DNA of 64,000 bases, from NCBI RefSeq assembly GCF_001194135.2, contig NC_068983.1, positions 167,401,118 to 167,465,117 of the forward strand, written 5' to 3'. Position 1 is the stretch's first letter, and the number at the start of each line of letters is the position of its first letter. The notes beneath the pieces are model-generated. The model had not been told where the DNA came from. It was given only the letters and a program-made list of their open reading frames with translations, and did not search any database. The translations under genes and the position numbers were made by a program. Origin of the DNA: Octopus bimaculoides. Taxonomy: Eukaryota. Below are positions 14,401 through 27,329 of the stretch, piece after piece.

Positions 14401-17400
14401 CTACAATGAAGTGACACAACACATTTTAATAGAGTCAACTCACAAAAGTCAATTTCAGTAATGACCAATCATTTTATGTTGTTACTTGTCGGCATTGGGT
14501 TCCAATATCTGTTTTGGCAATGTTTCTACCACTGGATACCCTTTCTAATGTCAACCACTTAATGTACAGGGCATCTTTTCTATGGTAACAAGGATTAAAG
14601 GAGTTTGAAAGTTCAAGAACTTTTCTAAAGTGTTTGAAATGTTTCCACTGTTGGATTCTTGTCTCAATGTGAATCCCTCAACAGTGAAGTAAGACTGAGA
14701 GGAGTCTGTCGATTATGGACAGCTAAAAGAAGGTAGGGAAAAATGTCTAACCTACTCCAATAGAGTAAACGAAACAGGAATTCCTCTCACAAACTAGAGT
14801 TCAATAGAACAATCTAGAAAGTAGTATTATTAAAACATGGCAGAGTTGTTAAAGTGTCAGAAAGTCTTGTGACATTTGTTCAAATTCTCTGAGGTCAGCA
14901 TCACTTTTCATCCTTTCAGGTGTGATTAAAAAAGTATCAAAGGCAGAAACATTAGCATGTGGAACAAAATGCTAAGTGACATTTCATCCATCTTTACAGT
15001 CTGAGTTCAAATCCCACCAAAGTCTTCTTTACCTTTTTTTTGGATCAATAAAATAAGCACCAATTGATCGCTGATGTTGATGTAATCAATTAGCCCCTCC
15101 CTCAAAATTGCTGGCCTTGTGCTAAATGTAGAAAGGATTAGAATGGTAGGAATCTTGTGTGGTGGATTGTCAGACTTGTTACCTCGTTTTACAGGGTGTT
15201 TTGTGGTATCCCCATTCTATCTTGGTACATTCACTGCTGAAATCCCACAGCATCACCAAAAGATGGTGACACACGTATCAGACAGAATCAGGAGTTTGGA
15301 AAACAAATAGAAAGATATTTTCTTGGGTTTGATCAGCAGACTTACAGCCAGCATTATTAAACCGGGAAAAATAATCTTGACATCATGACAAAATTAATCT
15401 GTGAAAAACATTGACAAAATTAAAAATATATCTCAGTGATAAGATTCCAACTTACTATCAACACTCCAATGAAGTTCATCATGATTGGCAGGATCAATCT
15501 GAAAGATTTCATTATTAAGAACATCAAGAACAATGCGTAATTTATGTTTCTGACCGATTTCTGACTGAGTCACTTCAGGAACCTGAATTTTGATGTTGGC
15601 TAGTTTTTCTGTCAAAGAGAGAATATATAAAAAAAAGTGTTTAATTTTTTGCACATTGACAAAACTAATGAAATATAAAATTGTTGAATAGTTTCAAATG
15701 AAATGTTAACAATATATTTAAAATGGTGTTTTTGAATTAGTCTTAAAAATATCAAAATAAAATTAATTTCCTAATAGAATGATTTGATTTTGATATAAAT
15801 TATCAAAGTATAATCACTGGAATTACAGAAGACCTAGCAGACATTCCTCATTAACAAGAGTCTAAATACCTTAAATTTACCAAAGTGAATGTATATACAT
15901 ATGTGTACATGTGGTTAATTGATCAAAAGACTCACACACACGTGAGTGTGTACATGCACACATGCTGCAAAAGCAGGCATAACTTTTTTTATTTAGTAAT
16001 AAAACCTGTTCAAATTGAACACAAAAGTAGAGTAATTTTTCTTCTATAGTAACTCTTCCTCTTCTTCCTGTTCTTCGTTGCCGGCAGCAAATAATGAGTT
16101 CCAAGCAGAAATAACATTTCATCCCTCACTGAGTTTTTGATGAAGGAAGGATGCCAAGCAGTCAGACGTACACAGGAGGTGACAGGTTGTTGATGGAGAT
16201 GACAGCATTGGCAAGATCAATGTGCATAAAAAAGATGAAGAGGTTTAAAGAGGAGATGAGGTGAAAGTGACAGTGAGTACAACAGTGGGTACAACACTGC
16301 ATGATTGTATTTTCTCCAAAGAAGATGTGAGAGTTGGGTCCAACACAGGTAAAGATGCATCACTTGTTAAGAGGAAGAATTCCAAAGACCTACATCAGTT
16401 AATAAAAAGAAAGCTGTTATGCACACTTTTATGCATGGCTGTTGTATATTTTCAGGGGACTGATTGACATATTTTCCTGTTGAGTCTATGTCGTGAAATA
16501 AACCCCCATTAGAAATCAAAAAAATATATTCACTGAATAGAAAAACAAAAAAAGGAGAGAATCTAACATTGATGCATGAAAAAAGAATTTACCCCAGAGT
16601 TTTTAATGAAAATGTATCAAACAAAAAAACTGTGTCAAAAGTGATCCATGAAATATTGTAGAAAGGAAAACCTTCCACACAAACACAAATAAAAAAATTT
16701 CTATTTAAAAAAAAGACTCCAACAAATTATAAATAAAAACCCTAAAAACTGTGTGTGTATTTATTAAGATAAAAGAAACAAACCTATCAGTTTCTGAAGA
16801 ATTTGGCCATCAAACAAATCTTCTTCAACATCTTTGACAATAATTCTTTGATTAGCAAGTTCATCATTAATCCAACCAAGTAAAATCTTTAAAAAAGACA
16901 AAAAAAAATAACTCAAAAAAGTTAAAACATTTCTCTGACCACATTCAGCCACCCAGCACTCCCAAGTCAAAAGCATCATCATTCAACATCTGTTTTCCAT
17001 ATGGGCATGGGTTGGACGGCTTGACAGGAGCTGGTAAGGCCAGGAGTCATACCATGCTCTCCAGTCATCTGTTTTAGTAACGTTTCTACAGCTGGATGCC
17101 CTTCCTAACACCAACCACTTTACAGAATGCCCCACTGGGTGCTTTTTACTCTTGGCACCACTACCAGTGCCTTTTATGCAACACCAACACAGAAGCTTTT
17201 TAGATGGCACTGCCACTTTTCATGTGGTACCATCACCAGTGCTTTTTACGTGGTACATTGCATATTATTTCAGAAGCTTTAATATTTTCGAAATCTATAA
17301 TTCTCAGATCACTTTTTCATCACTAAATCATTGTTAGTTCTGAAATAAATTACTTTATAATTAAGATGTATAAATATGTTGGCCTTATAAATTGTTACTA

Positions 17401-17640
17401 TATGAATGAGAGAGAAAATTCAATTATCTATTAATAGGAGAGATTTAAAAAAATAAAAATATTGATATACAGGAAAAGTTGGTAGGCGTGGCACAGGTAG
17501 CGGCTGTGTGGTTGAGAGGCTTGTTTCTGGACCATGTAGTCTCAGGTTCAGTTCCACTGCATGGCACTTTGGGTAAGCGTCTTCTCCTACAATCTCCAGC
17601 CACTTCTAAGCGGATTTGATAGACAAACTGTAAGAAGCTC

Positions 17641-17674
<34 letters not shown>

Positions 17675-20600
17675 TCTTGACAGGTGATGGTTGTAAATGA
17701 GCATCACCTACATACAGGCAAACTTTATTCATTTCCAGTGTTCCATGAAAATATGTCTTACCAAAGGTAAATATTACCTTGTTTGGAAACAAGTGTTAGT
17801 GGCAGGAAAGACATCTGGTCACAGAAAATCTGCCTCTACAAATTCTGTGTGACCCATACAAGCATGGAAAAGAGGACATTAAAAAATGTAATAGTTGCTA
17901 TGAGGAATAAAAATTATACAGATTCTACTGGTTAAGCATACATGCTGTTAGATTAGAGAGAAAAACATTCAATGTCAACTTTCAAAGAAGTTCTTCCTAT
18001 ACAAGCTACCATTACATATTAAAACTTTACATCATTTCAATCCATCTTGTAAGACATCATTTTAATTTACCCAGTCTCTAAGTAATGCAATCTTATCTTC
18101 CCCAGTGTTTTAACAAATACCCAACTTACCTTGAGGGTCCACCCAGACATCTCAACACCATTTTTTTTTTGGTCTCTTTCCTGCTCCACTCCAATCACTT
18201 TCACCCTTTCTCCTAAAATGTGAATAGTCATGTTGCTCTTCTACTCTGGCTGGTGACACATAAAAAGTTATCTTGTACATGGTGCAAAGTGATTGGCATT
18301 AGGAAAGGCACCCAACCATAGAATCTATGCCAAAGGAGGCATTGAAACCCAATGCAGTCCTTGGACCCAGTGGATCCTGTCAAAGTATCCAACTGATGCC
18401 AGCATGGAATATGGATGTCAAATGATAAGGATGGAGAGAAATCCTCTCTCTGATGTACTCTGTGCATGATAATAAGCAGTTCTAAACAAACATTATCTGT
18501 ATAATATTATATGAGCACTTTTAAAATATTTTACCAATAATGAAGGCAGTACTTAAGGGATGAAGCTCCACTATTAAAATTTAAACAGAATTATGTAGAA
18601 TCCTGTGCAGCACAATTAGAAAAATGGATTTTAGGAATTTCTATCAACTGATGAGATTCTCGGTCATCATCATCATTTAATATCCGTTTTCCATGCTAGC
18701 ATGGGTTGATATTTGACATTAAGAACCAATTTGAAATAGACAAAAAAAAGTAAAAGCAAACCTCATGGGTGTGTTGCTCTTTTTGTCTCAAAATAATGAT
18801 TATAATGTCAAATAGCATTAAATTTTCTATTTACTACCAAAACCAAGTTTTTATGTCTGCAAATATTTATGTCCATTCATGGATTAGTTACGTCTTACTG
18901 AGTCAGAAGATTACCAAAGAAGTTTCATTAATTCATTCATCATTGTCTGTTAATGTCCATCTTGTATGTTGGCATGGATGGGATGGTTTGAGAGGATCTG
19001 AAGAGTCCAAGAACTGCACATGCTGTTCCAGTGTCTGCTTTGGCATGGTTTCTTATAGTTGGATGCTCTTCCTAACACCAACACATTTTACAACATGAAC
19101 AAGGAGTTTCTTCATACCATCAGCACCAGTTAGGTCACCATGCAGCTTGCAAGACTACAAAACCAGGAGCGAGGGACTTTAAGCTAGGAGATGAGGGGTA
19201 GGGCAGGTTCCCACTGTAGAGAAGCTACATGGCTACTCACATTTAGAAGAGAGGGTGAGAATGATCAATAAGAGCTACAAGGAGATTAACTGTGGTGATG
19301 AAGGATCCAGGTGATCCCTTATCAATAAATGGATTCTTGTAAATGGATGAAGCTACAGATTTCAAGTAAATGAAGAAGATATTCACAAAAATCCCACATT
19401 ACCCTGATATTGTGGGTTAAGACAAAAAGTAGGTAGCAATGAATTTATTAAATAATGACAAGTTCTCTCGGAACATTGGAGCTAAAATGTTCTACTTACA
19501 TTCATCAGTTCCTTTACTTTGTAATCTTCTCGAGAACTTGGATCCACCATAGAACGTTCCTCATTTTCCTCTAAAACAAAAATAATTTACTTTGACAAAC
19601 AGAAATGAAATGCAAAAGAAGAAATCAATTCTGAAACTACTTGGAAACAGGTGGGATTCAAAGTGGAGACGGAATTGTCTCACACACAAGCAGAGATGAA
19701 TGAAAGGTCATCTGAGAAAAAAAGATTGGTCTTTTCTTTCACTTATTTCTGTAGAAATTGTGGATAAATAACAACCAGTCTTGTATTTCATAAAAAGAAT
19801 TAACTAGAGAGAGAAAAATATAGAGAAAGGATAAAAATGTAAAAATTTAAAAATGGAAGAAGTAAAACTTTACTTGCAACCATACCAGCTCGTTGGATCC
19901 TGTTGATCTGTTCAACGCAAGCCAATATGGAAGACATTAAGTGAGATGAGGATGAAGATGATAGACATATAATTAGCAAATATTGATAAACTGTGATGCA
20001 GCAACAAACATAGAATTGGTGGGTGGGGTAACTTACCTAGTTTATAACCTTCTGGATCGATAGTGAGGTTGGACAAATTAGACCGGCATTCAATAGCATC
20101 TTTACCTTCCTGCACAAGTTCATTTACTATAGAAGAGAAAGAGAAAAAAACTTTATGCATATAAAAAGGTGTGAATAAATAGAAAATTTTAATTTGCTAA
20201 CCCTTTACACAGTACAAGAAATACCATAAACTAATACAGTACAATGCATAATCTGCAAAAGTCATTTTAATAAAAATTCATTAGATTACCGAAGGAAGAC
20301 AATTTTTAAAAACTAGTTAGTGTGGTGGAGAATTGCTTTTCACTTCTAAATCACCAGTAAAATTTATGGCTGTGTGGTTAAGAAGCTTGCCTCCCAGCCA
20401 TGTGGTTTCAGGTTCAATACTACTGCACAGCACCAGAGCAAGTATTTTCTACAATAGCCTGGGCCGAACAAAGCCTTGGTTGACAGAAACTGAAAGAAGC
20501 TCATCATGTATATGTGTGTGTGTGTGTGTGGCAGTTCTCCCTTTAACTTTGCATAATGGTTGTAAACTAGCCTCAATCATATCCAATCTTCTTTGAGAAA

Positions 20601-23600
20601 CATGAACTGTCATGGGGAAATATCAACTTGTTTGGAAACAGGTGCAAGTTGGCAACAGGACGACATTCAGTTGTAGAAAATGTACCTCAACAAATTCTGA
20701 TTCATGCAAGAAAATGTACCTCAACAAATTTCGACTCATGCAAGCAGGATAAAAAAAATGAATGTTAAAACAAGGATGGCTACCCACACACACGACTGTA
20801 AAATTGAAACTATAAATTACACTGCATTTTGGATTTATCATGAAAATTAGTTTGGGGACATAAGACATCACATTACTATAACCAGGATTACAATGAACAA
20901 ACACCTTCTCATAGACTCAATAAACATCAAACAAATGGTATACCTTTCACAAATAGTTTTTAAATTTTATTTTATAAACTTAGTAGATTATTAACTATTT
21001 TAAATGTAAATAATATTTGGTAAGTCTCCCACCATAGAGGTTATTATCATGCCTCAGTATGACCAGAGTCCATCGATTGAAAATAGCAAACAAATATGAA
21101 ACCAAATAAGATGTAGTAAAAGTTTATTAGCAGCACATGAACCACTGAATCAGGATTTGGCATGGTACCTTAGGGAGAAAAAAAAAGTCAAATTGGCATG
21201 CTACTTCATTAGTTGTTCATTGCTAATTACTGGCCTAGATAGTGAAAGTAATTAAATATTTTTACCTGATTTCTGTTGCATTTTATTGATAAATGATGAC
21301 TAAACTTTCAATTAAATCCGAACCCATTTCAAACATTCAGAAATGTAAAATTCTAGCAAAGCTTCCCAGGATACAACAGCTTTGTATCTATCGAGTGTTT
21401 AGTATTTGTCTCATCAAAATTAATAACAAAACTGCAATTAACAATAGCAAATTCCAATTTTGATAAGGAAATATTTCCCCTTTTTTACTTTATATGGAAG
21501 GTAAATATAATAGAAAAGATGAGATTCAAAATGTGATTTCTGGTTTCTTCAATTTAATCACCTCAATTGTCTCCAACAAATGAACTGAAAGCCAAAGGAG
21601 CAAAAGCAAGGCCTGTCATTTGTTTCATTTTCGATAAGTAACAGTAAACTCTGTTCTCTCTTATAAATAAGATTAATAGAGCACTTCTAACAAGTGAACG
21701 AAGACAAACAAAACATGTACACTCAGCTTCAATGTGGAAAGAAAAACTCTGGGAAATGTGAAAGATCAGCAAGATCAAGAGAAGAGAGGCCAACTAGGGG
21801 ACAATAAAAAAAAATACTGGAAAACTTGTAAAACAGAGAAGGTGAAGGTTCCTAGAGGGAAGAAAAGATATAAGGGAGGCTGCAAATATATATATAAGTG
21901 GGTGAGGTCAGTTAAGAAGAATGAGAAACATTTTTGAATGTTTATCTGTGAGAGGAGAAGCTCAGTGTTTTGTTTGTTTTGCAGGTGTTGGACAAATGAT
22001 GGAGTAAGAAGACTTCATCAAGTGAGAGATGGTTGCTGAATTAAAATAACTAGGTTTGGATTTGGAGAGTAATTAGAGTGTTGTTGAAAAACAAAACCTA
22101 AGACACTCTTGTTGGAACAATCACCGAGAGAAGATGGACAATTTCAGTCGCAGAAGAGAGTTGTGTATTTACAGATGTTGTAAAAAATAAGACAGGTAGA
22201 GTATAAAATGGTCAATGATTTGGAAGTAGGGTTAGGGTCTGAAGGGTGATGAAAGGTGATGGGGCTGGAATAGGAGTTGCCAAAAGGAAAGAACTTCTGA
22301 CCAAAAGATCACAAGTTTTGGTCAGTTTTGAGAAAGAGGAAGACAGACTTTGGACTGTCATGAATTCTAGGAACCTTAGAACCAGAGCCATAACCCAGTT
22401 TCCATGGCAACTAGGTGACTGAGATTAAAATACTCTCCACCCAAAATAGAATGCAGACCATTGAAGGGTTAACTTCCCAGCTGATTCTGAGACTCAAGAA
22501 CACCATGTACTGCCCGGTTCAAGAATTGAAAACCAAAAGCTTATGATGGTGAGTGCAATACCCTAACCACAAGAGTAACAAGTGGAATAAATTTTTTTTT
22601 CTTTTAAGGATGTGGTATGAATTGTAGAACAGCCAAAGTTTGTCCTGATACTCTCTCCTATCAACAGAAATATCGCTGCTCTTTGCAGAAGCTAATGTTG
22701 AATGAAATTTAATATTTTTAATCAACATAGGGGGGGGGGGAGTCACACTATCAGTCTATGGGTTTCAAGTATTTATCTGCAGCAAATGTTATGCTGATTT
22801 GGGAATAAGACCCTTAAACTCTTAGTTGATAGAAAACAGGTGTCAGTTTTTCTTTTCTTTTTGGGAAGGTCACCTACAATAAACATTCTGTCAAGGGGAA
22901 TCTCTCCTCCTCCTCCTCTCAGCTATGTACTTCTTAATTGGTAAATAGTTTTGGACAGATATTAATACAACTAGAATATTGTCATCTGACAGGTAACTTT
23001 GGAAGTATACTTTCACCACCGTGGGTAATATCAGGAAATATGGCAGACATACAATCATTATAATGTCACTTTTCTCAAAATTCTTGGTGCTTATATAAAA
23101 TAAGATAAATACTAATTTTCAAAAGAGAAATACTTAGTCATTTGTAAATTTGCAATAAATGATATTTTTCTAAATTTTAATAGACATAATCAAAATCTAC
23201 ACCATCAAAAGCCTATCTCCGCAAAATGTCATTAAAAAATGTGAATTTTCAAAAAGACACTCATTCTGCACTTTTTTCTCTCCTCTCTCTATTATGATGT
23301 AAAATGGGACGAGTAAAATATCCAACAAACCAACATATTGGCTGCTGTTATTATTATCTATATATATATAAATGAGAATGTGTGTCTGTCTGTCTGTGTG
23401 AATCCCTAAAACTCGAGAACTACGCAACCAATTTCATTCAAATTTTACACATGCCTTACTTAGAGTTCCAGTTGTGTTTTAGTCAAAAAATATTTTAACT
23501 TCTTGCAGAGTTCGAGCCCACAGCAACATAATATCTCCTCCACTATTTAAGTATTACGTGTCAAAAGTGAAACAAAAACACTCATGTCAAATACTTTCAC

Positions 23601-26600
23601 TTTAAAAATGAAACTATTCTAACTGAAACAATCACATTTCGATACTGTAATGACAGATACTTTCAGAGAAAGAGAGAAAGAGAGAGAGAAAGAGAGAAAT
23701 GTATATGTATATATATAGATGTATATGTACACGTTATTCCNNNNNNNNNNNNNNNNNNNNNNNNNNNNNNNNNNNNNNNNNNNNNNNNNNNNNNNNNNNN
23801 NNNNNNNNNNNNNNNNNNNNNNNNNNNNNNNNNNNNNNNNNNNNNNNNNNNNNNNNNNNNNNNNNNNNNNNNNNNNNNNNNNNNNNNNNNNNNNNNNNNN
23901 NNNNNNNNNNNNNNNNNNNNNNNNNNNNNNNNNNNNNNNNNNNNNNNNNNNNNNNNNNNNNNNNNNNNNNNNNNNNNNNNNNNNNNNNNNNNNNNNNNNN
24001 NNNNNNNNNNNNNNNNNNNNNNNNNNNNNNNNNNNNNNNNNNNNNNNNNNNNNNNNNNNNNNNNNNNNNNNNNNNNNNNNNNNNNNNNNNNNNNNNNNNN
24101 NNNNNNNNNNNNNNNNNNNNNNNNNNNNNNNNNNNNNNTGTCAAGTAAATGAGACGCATCTTTGCCTCCACTGATTCACTTGCAAAGTGTTGAGTAAAAT
24201 TATTTCGTTGCAGACCTCCTTTGGGTCTTTTTATTATCACTACGACACACATAGTCCCCAGTTGGTAACATTGATTTCAAGGCCCTCCTAGATGAGAGAC
24301 TGGCATTCCACTTAATGTCTATGTTCCATGCTGGCATGGATTGGAGAGTTATTAATGTAGAAATATGGTATCGTAGCTACTAACAGTTGAGGGTTGCGTA
24401 GTCTAGACGGCGTTTTTAGATTTCATTATTCTCTTTAACCCGGGCAAAGCCGGGTATTTCTGCTAGTTATTATATAAAGATGAATATAGTCCATTCTTTT
24501 CATAAATTTCTCAAATTCCATCAAACAAGTGGTATTAAAAAGGTAAAGAGAAATTACACAGCCAGAGAACTCTGTTAATCTTTTTGTTTCCAGCAGATAG
24601 TTATGTCAGCTGAAGTTGATGAAGAATCATTTGAGAGTTGTTTTTCACCGGACATCGCAAGAATTAGTAGTATGATCTACAAGTTAAAGGCAGCAAACGA
24701 ATATAAGTTCGATCCCAACTGGCACCAAAGTTTTTAAGGCATAAGTTCAGAGGTGTCTCTCCCCCCACCCCACCTCCGACTTTATTTTGCTATAACTTTT
24801 ATATAAAATGCATATTTTCCAATGAAATTTTCCAGAAATAAATATCAAATGATGTAGCAAAAAAATATTTTGGAGGAGAGGAGTTTTGGTTAATTCACAC
24901 AAGTCGATTTGTTCCTCATAACTTTCAGGAAAATGAACATTCTTTAATAAAATGTTCACATGTCCGTTTAAGATGGTACAGATTACAATTATGTCGGGAT
25001 TTGATGTGTAAAAAAATAGGAAAGTGGACAGATAATTCACACACCTCAACTTCATTTTTAAAAATATCCATTTTTCAGGAAGTTATGAAGAAACAGAGCC
25101 GTAGGGGTTGGAGTGTCAAACATCTGTTGTGATATCCGGTTTTTAATTAGGGTCATACAACTGGACGGTTGTATAAAGATAAATGCTTGAAGCGATATCA
25201 CTTGGAGATTGTCAAACCACAAATTCTTCTTTGGAGTATCTCGAAGTATGCGAAAATACTGGGTTTAAAAACCCTTTTGGACGTCAACAAAATAAATACT
25301 ATTAAGGAATTGCAAATAGTGAAATCTGGCGAAAAATGAAAAATTGTTTTTATTAAATTTACTCTTTTTCATCCAATTTTTATATATTTTGAAAAGAAAA
25401 CATTTTCTGTATAAACTTGTAAATGTGGTGTCACTTAAAACTTGGGAAAGTTTTTTTTTTTTTTAGTATTTGTCAAACATAGCATTAATTATCGTCTTAA
25501 TTAGTAAAACTCAACTGTTTACAGTTGTATCTTACGGCCAGAGTTTCAGAAATTTTTTAAAATTCGCATAAATTTCTGGAAACTAAAACATGATGCCATT
25601 ACCGCTGCCAGTTTATGTTTGGTTTAATGTAAAGTTATAAATAAAAACGATTCAACAGTAAACTGAAAGACTACTCAATACTTTTAGTCATCATTTACAA
25701 AAAGTTGATAGTGTCTTCGAAGTTTCGAGTTGCGTGCCTTCGTGCTGTGTACGATGTGTATGCATGTATATATATATATATATATCGAGAGAGAAAAATA
25801 AAAATTAATAGATATGAAGTATTATTTGATCGAATCGACTCCAATTTATTACTTTTGCGGCATTATTAAAATATATTTTATCGATATCAATAGTTAACAA
25901 CGGACAGTGAGGAACAAACTTGTCAATACTAATTGTTGGACACTTTAGTGTTTCTGTTAACTTTATACAGCAACGTCAATTAAATTATTAGATTATTTCC
26001 GCTAAACACGAGACCGCATAACTCGAACGAAGGGATGGAGGAAGTTTTTAAATTCCTACACTTTTCAAATGTATCATGAAAGGTGACGGCAACTTTTTCA
26101 ATTATCAAAATCGAATCCGCCAACTCCGATCAACCGAATTTCTAACCTCTACCCTTACATATCGATAAAAATTTCAGACAAATAAAATATCCTCTTTCTT
26201 ATTTAAAATTGATGCGAGAACATATTTCCATGTAAAATGTTGACATAATATAAACAGGATGGGAAATAAGAAATAGTGAATGTTGGATGAAATTACAATG
26301 TTCAAGATGGTAACCAAAATAAAAATTACATACATAAACGTATTATATATATATATTTTTAATAAGTATACGTACATGGCATGCGTATGTGTGTGTATGT
26401 GTGTGTGAGAGTAGCAAAAGGCCCGGCGGAGAGGTCATCCTTTCACGGATGCGTAAAAGGGACTCTACATAATACGTGCAGTGAGTTCCCATTCGAATTA
26501 AAGTCTTCCCAGGTCCATGCAGTGTATATTATCCCTCCCCATATATATATATATATATATATATATANNNNNNNNNNNNNNNNNNNNNNNNNNNNNNNNN

Positions 26601-27208
26601 NNNNNNNNNNNNNNNNNNNNNNNNNNNNNNNNNNNNNNNNNNNNNNNNNNNNNNNNNNNNNNNNNNNNNNNNNNNNNNNNNNNNNNNNNNNNNNNNNNNN
26701 NNNNNNNNNNNNNNNNNNNNNNNNNNNNNNNNNNNNNNNNNNNNNNNNNNNNNNNNNNNNNNNNNNNNNNNNNNNNNNNNNNNNNNNNNNNNNNNNNNNN
26801 NNNNNNNNNNNNNNNNNNNNNNNNNNNNNNNNNNNNNNNNNNNNNNNNNNNNNNNNNNNNNNNNNNNNNNNNNNNNNNNNNNNNNNNNNNNNNNNNNNNN
26901 NNNNNNNNNNNNNNNNNNNNNNNNNNNNNNNNNNNNNNNNNNNNNNNNNNNNNNNNNNNNNNNGTAAAGGTCTGTTGGTACCTTTCGAGAGAAGAACGGG
27001 CTTGGGGGAAGAGGCATCAACAAGTTATGGGAGTCATTAAGACACATATAAAAATATATAAGGTGTATTTAAAGTAATTTATAATAATTATTATTACTGT
27101 TAAATAAGTCGTACCTTCTTTAGTCTTCTTTTTTGATGTTAAAGTTCCTATTTTATCGAAGAAAGATTCCTCTTTCTTTTTGGTTGGAGTTGGGTTGGTG
27201 TGAGCCAT
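2176..27208 (-). CDS. PARVB: Parvin (alpha/beta-parvin family, two CH domains), 11 exons in window, 3' end missing
   Basis: Exons 27208-27115, 20126-20037, 19570-19500, 16886-16784, 15608-15456, 14400-14285, 13814-13756, 6141-6116, 4567-4506, 2527-2459, 2277-2176. All GT-AG, phases consistent, 945 nt = 315 aa. Motifs KKKEESFFDKIGTL, EENEERSMVDP, WINDELANQRIIVKDVEEDLFDGQILQKL, EVTQSEIGQKHKL, RDAFDTLLDHAPEKL, FHDGFYLILLMGLLEGYFV match parvins. Alpha vs beta cannot be distinguished from this. The last two exons expected (VHNV.., D(I/V)VNLDLKSTLRVLY..) were not found in 1-2175. Confidence 0.95.
2459..2527 (-). CDS. PARVB: Parvin exon 10 (TLISFVNKHLIKVNLEVTDLEKQ)
   Basis: tttttttatgcag/GTAAAA. 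Confidence 0.95.
2640..3260 (-). mobile_element. RTE LINE 3' end with reiterated terminal module and (GAT)n tail
   Basis: CGKGGPRKTWDKVMKHDLRMLGLTEAMTS; module TTCTCAAGCACAGCAT..CCAAAGG seen three times; (CAT)n at 2644-2661 on plus strand. Confidence 0.8.
4506..4567 (-). CDS. PARVB: Parvin exon 9 (VRDAFDTLLDHAPEKLNLVKK)
   Basis: tttcttttattttgtag/GTAAAT; conserved start of CH2. Confidence 0.95.
6116..6141 (-). CDS. PARVB: Parvin exon 8, 26-nt microexon ((E)DMGARIGH)
   Basis: Long pyrimidine tract ttttttcttctttctgcag, G|GTAAGT; phase 2 to 1 bridges exons 7 and 9; corresponds to the short vertebrate MMMGRFE segment. Confidence 0.85.
7080..7640 (-). mobile_element. Penelope-like element fragment (linker and start of GIY-YIG)
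   Basis: YFPKSSPIRKIFNLQSIRFSYS..NIAGITQRLNKK and CPLDNHCLTKNIVYKC. Confidence 0.75.
8415..8459. repeat. (GA)n microsatellite
   Basis: Direct reading. Confidence 0.95.
8680..9480 (-). mobile_element. RTE-clade LINE 3' fragment with tail
   Basis: EFLEVADNFCYLGGQVS..ARIR..GWTKFRELL; LYDACAQTAMLHGNETW..MQRLERNEVSMLHWM; GRSRFRKRWD; followed by the shared GGTTGGTGTTAGGAAGGGCATTCAGCTGTAGAAAC tail. Confidence 0.9.
12628..12950 (+). mobile_element. tRNA-derived SINE, full length
   Basis: A box TGGCTGCGTGG, B box GGTTCAGTC, CORE-like CTTGGGCAAGTGTC, tail AGCATGGCCACAGTC..TGAAACAAGTAAA. Further copies at 330-490(-), 1670-1825(-), 3480-3830(-), 14110-14225(-), 17480-17890, 20365-20770, 35100-35240, 46540-46705(-), 55930-56040(-). 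Confidence 0.85.
13756..13814 (-). CDS. PARVB: Parvin exon 7
   Basis: KCGKALNTRKVKVEITSSH; ttttccatttctag/GTAAGT; phase 0 to 2 fits the linker between CH domains. Confidence 0.85.
14285..14400 (-). CDS. PARVB: Parvin exon 6
   Basis: SIHSKNLAAILHLLVALARFFHAPIRLPDNVAVTVLVVQ; tag/GTGAGT. Confidence 0.95.
15456..15608 (-). CDS. PARVB: Parvin exon 5
   Basis: EKLANIKIQVPEVTQSEIGQKHKLRIVL..HWSVD; cag/GTAAGT. Confidence 0.95.
16784..16886 (-). CDS. PARVB: Parvin exon 4 (start of CH1)
   Basis: ILLGWINDELANQRIIVKDVEEDLFDGQILQKLI; AG/GTTTGT. Confidence 0.95.
19500..19570 (-). CDS. PARVB: Parvin exon 3 (EENEERSMVDPSSREDYKVKELMN)
   Basis: tttgttttag acceptor, GTAAGT donor; matches human EENEERTMIDP. 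Confidence 0.95.
20037..20126 (-). CDS. PARVB: Parvin exon 2 (VNELVQEGKDAIEC..GYKL)
   Basis: ttctctttctcttctatag acceptor, G|GTAAGT donor. Confidence 0.92.
23357..24466 (+). mobile_element. Non-autonomous Helitron
   Basis: 5' A|TC(TA)n..(TGTC)n..ACTACGCAACCAATTTCATTCAAATTTT; 3' hairpin ACCCGG-gcaaag-CCGGGT (24438-24455), then CTAG|T; inserted between A and T with no TSD; N-gap inside. Confidence 0.8.
27115..27208 (-). CDS. PARVB: Parvin exon 1 (MAHTNPTPTKKKEESFFDKIGTLTSKKKTKE)
   Basis: ATG in AAGATGG context; donor G|GTACGA; phase 1. Confidence 0.9.
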
Positions 27209-27329
27209 CTTGTCGGTCAGGTTCGCTCTCGCCAAAGTGAGGCGCTTTTTGGTGCGCGTGGGAGGCGCAGTCAGTGGGTGGGACAGAGGAATGCCAGTTG
27301 TGAAACCAACTTAGACTGTTTATCGCTGC

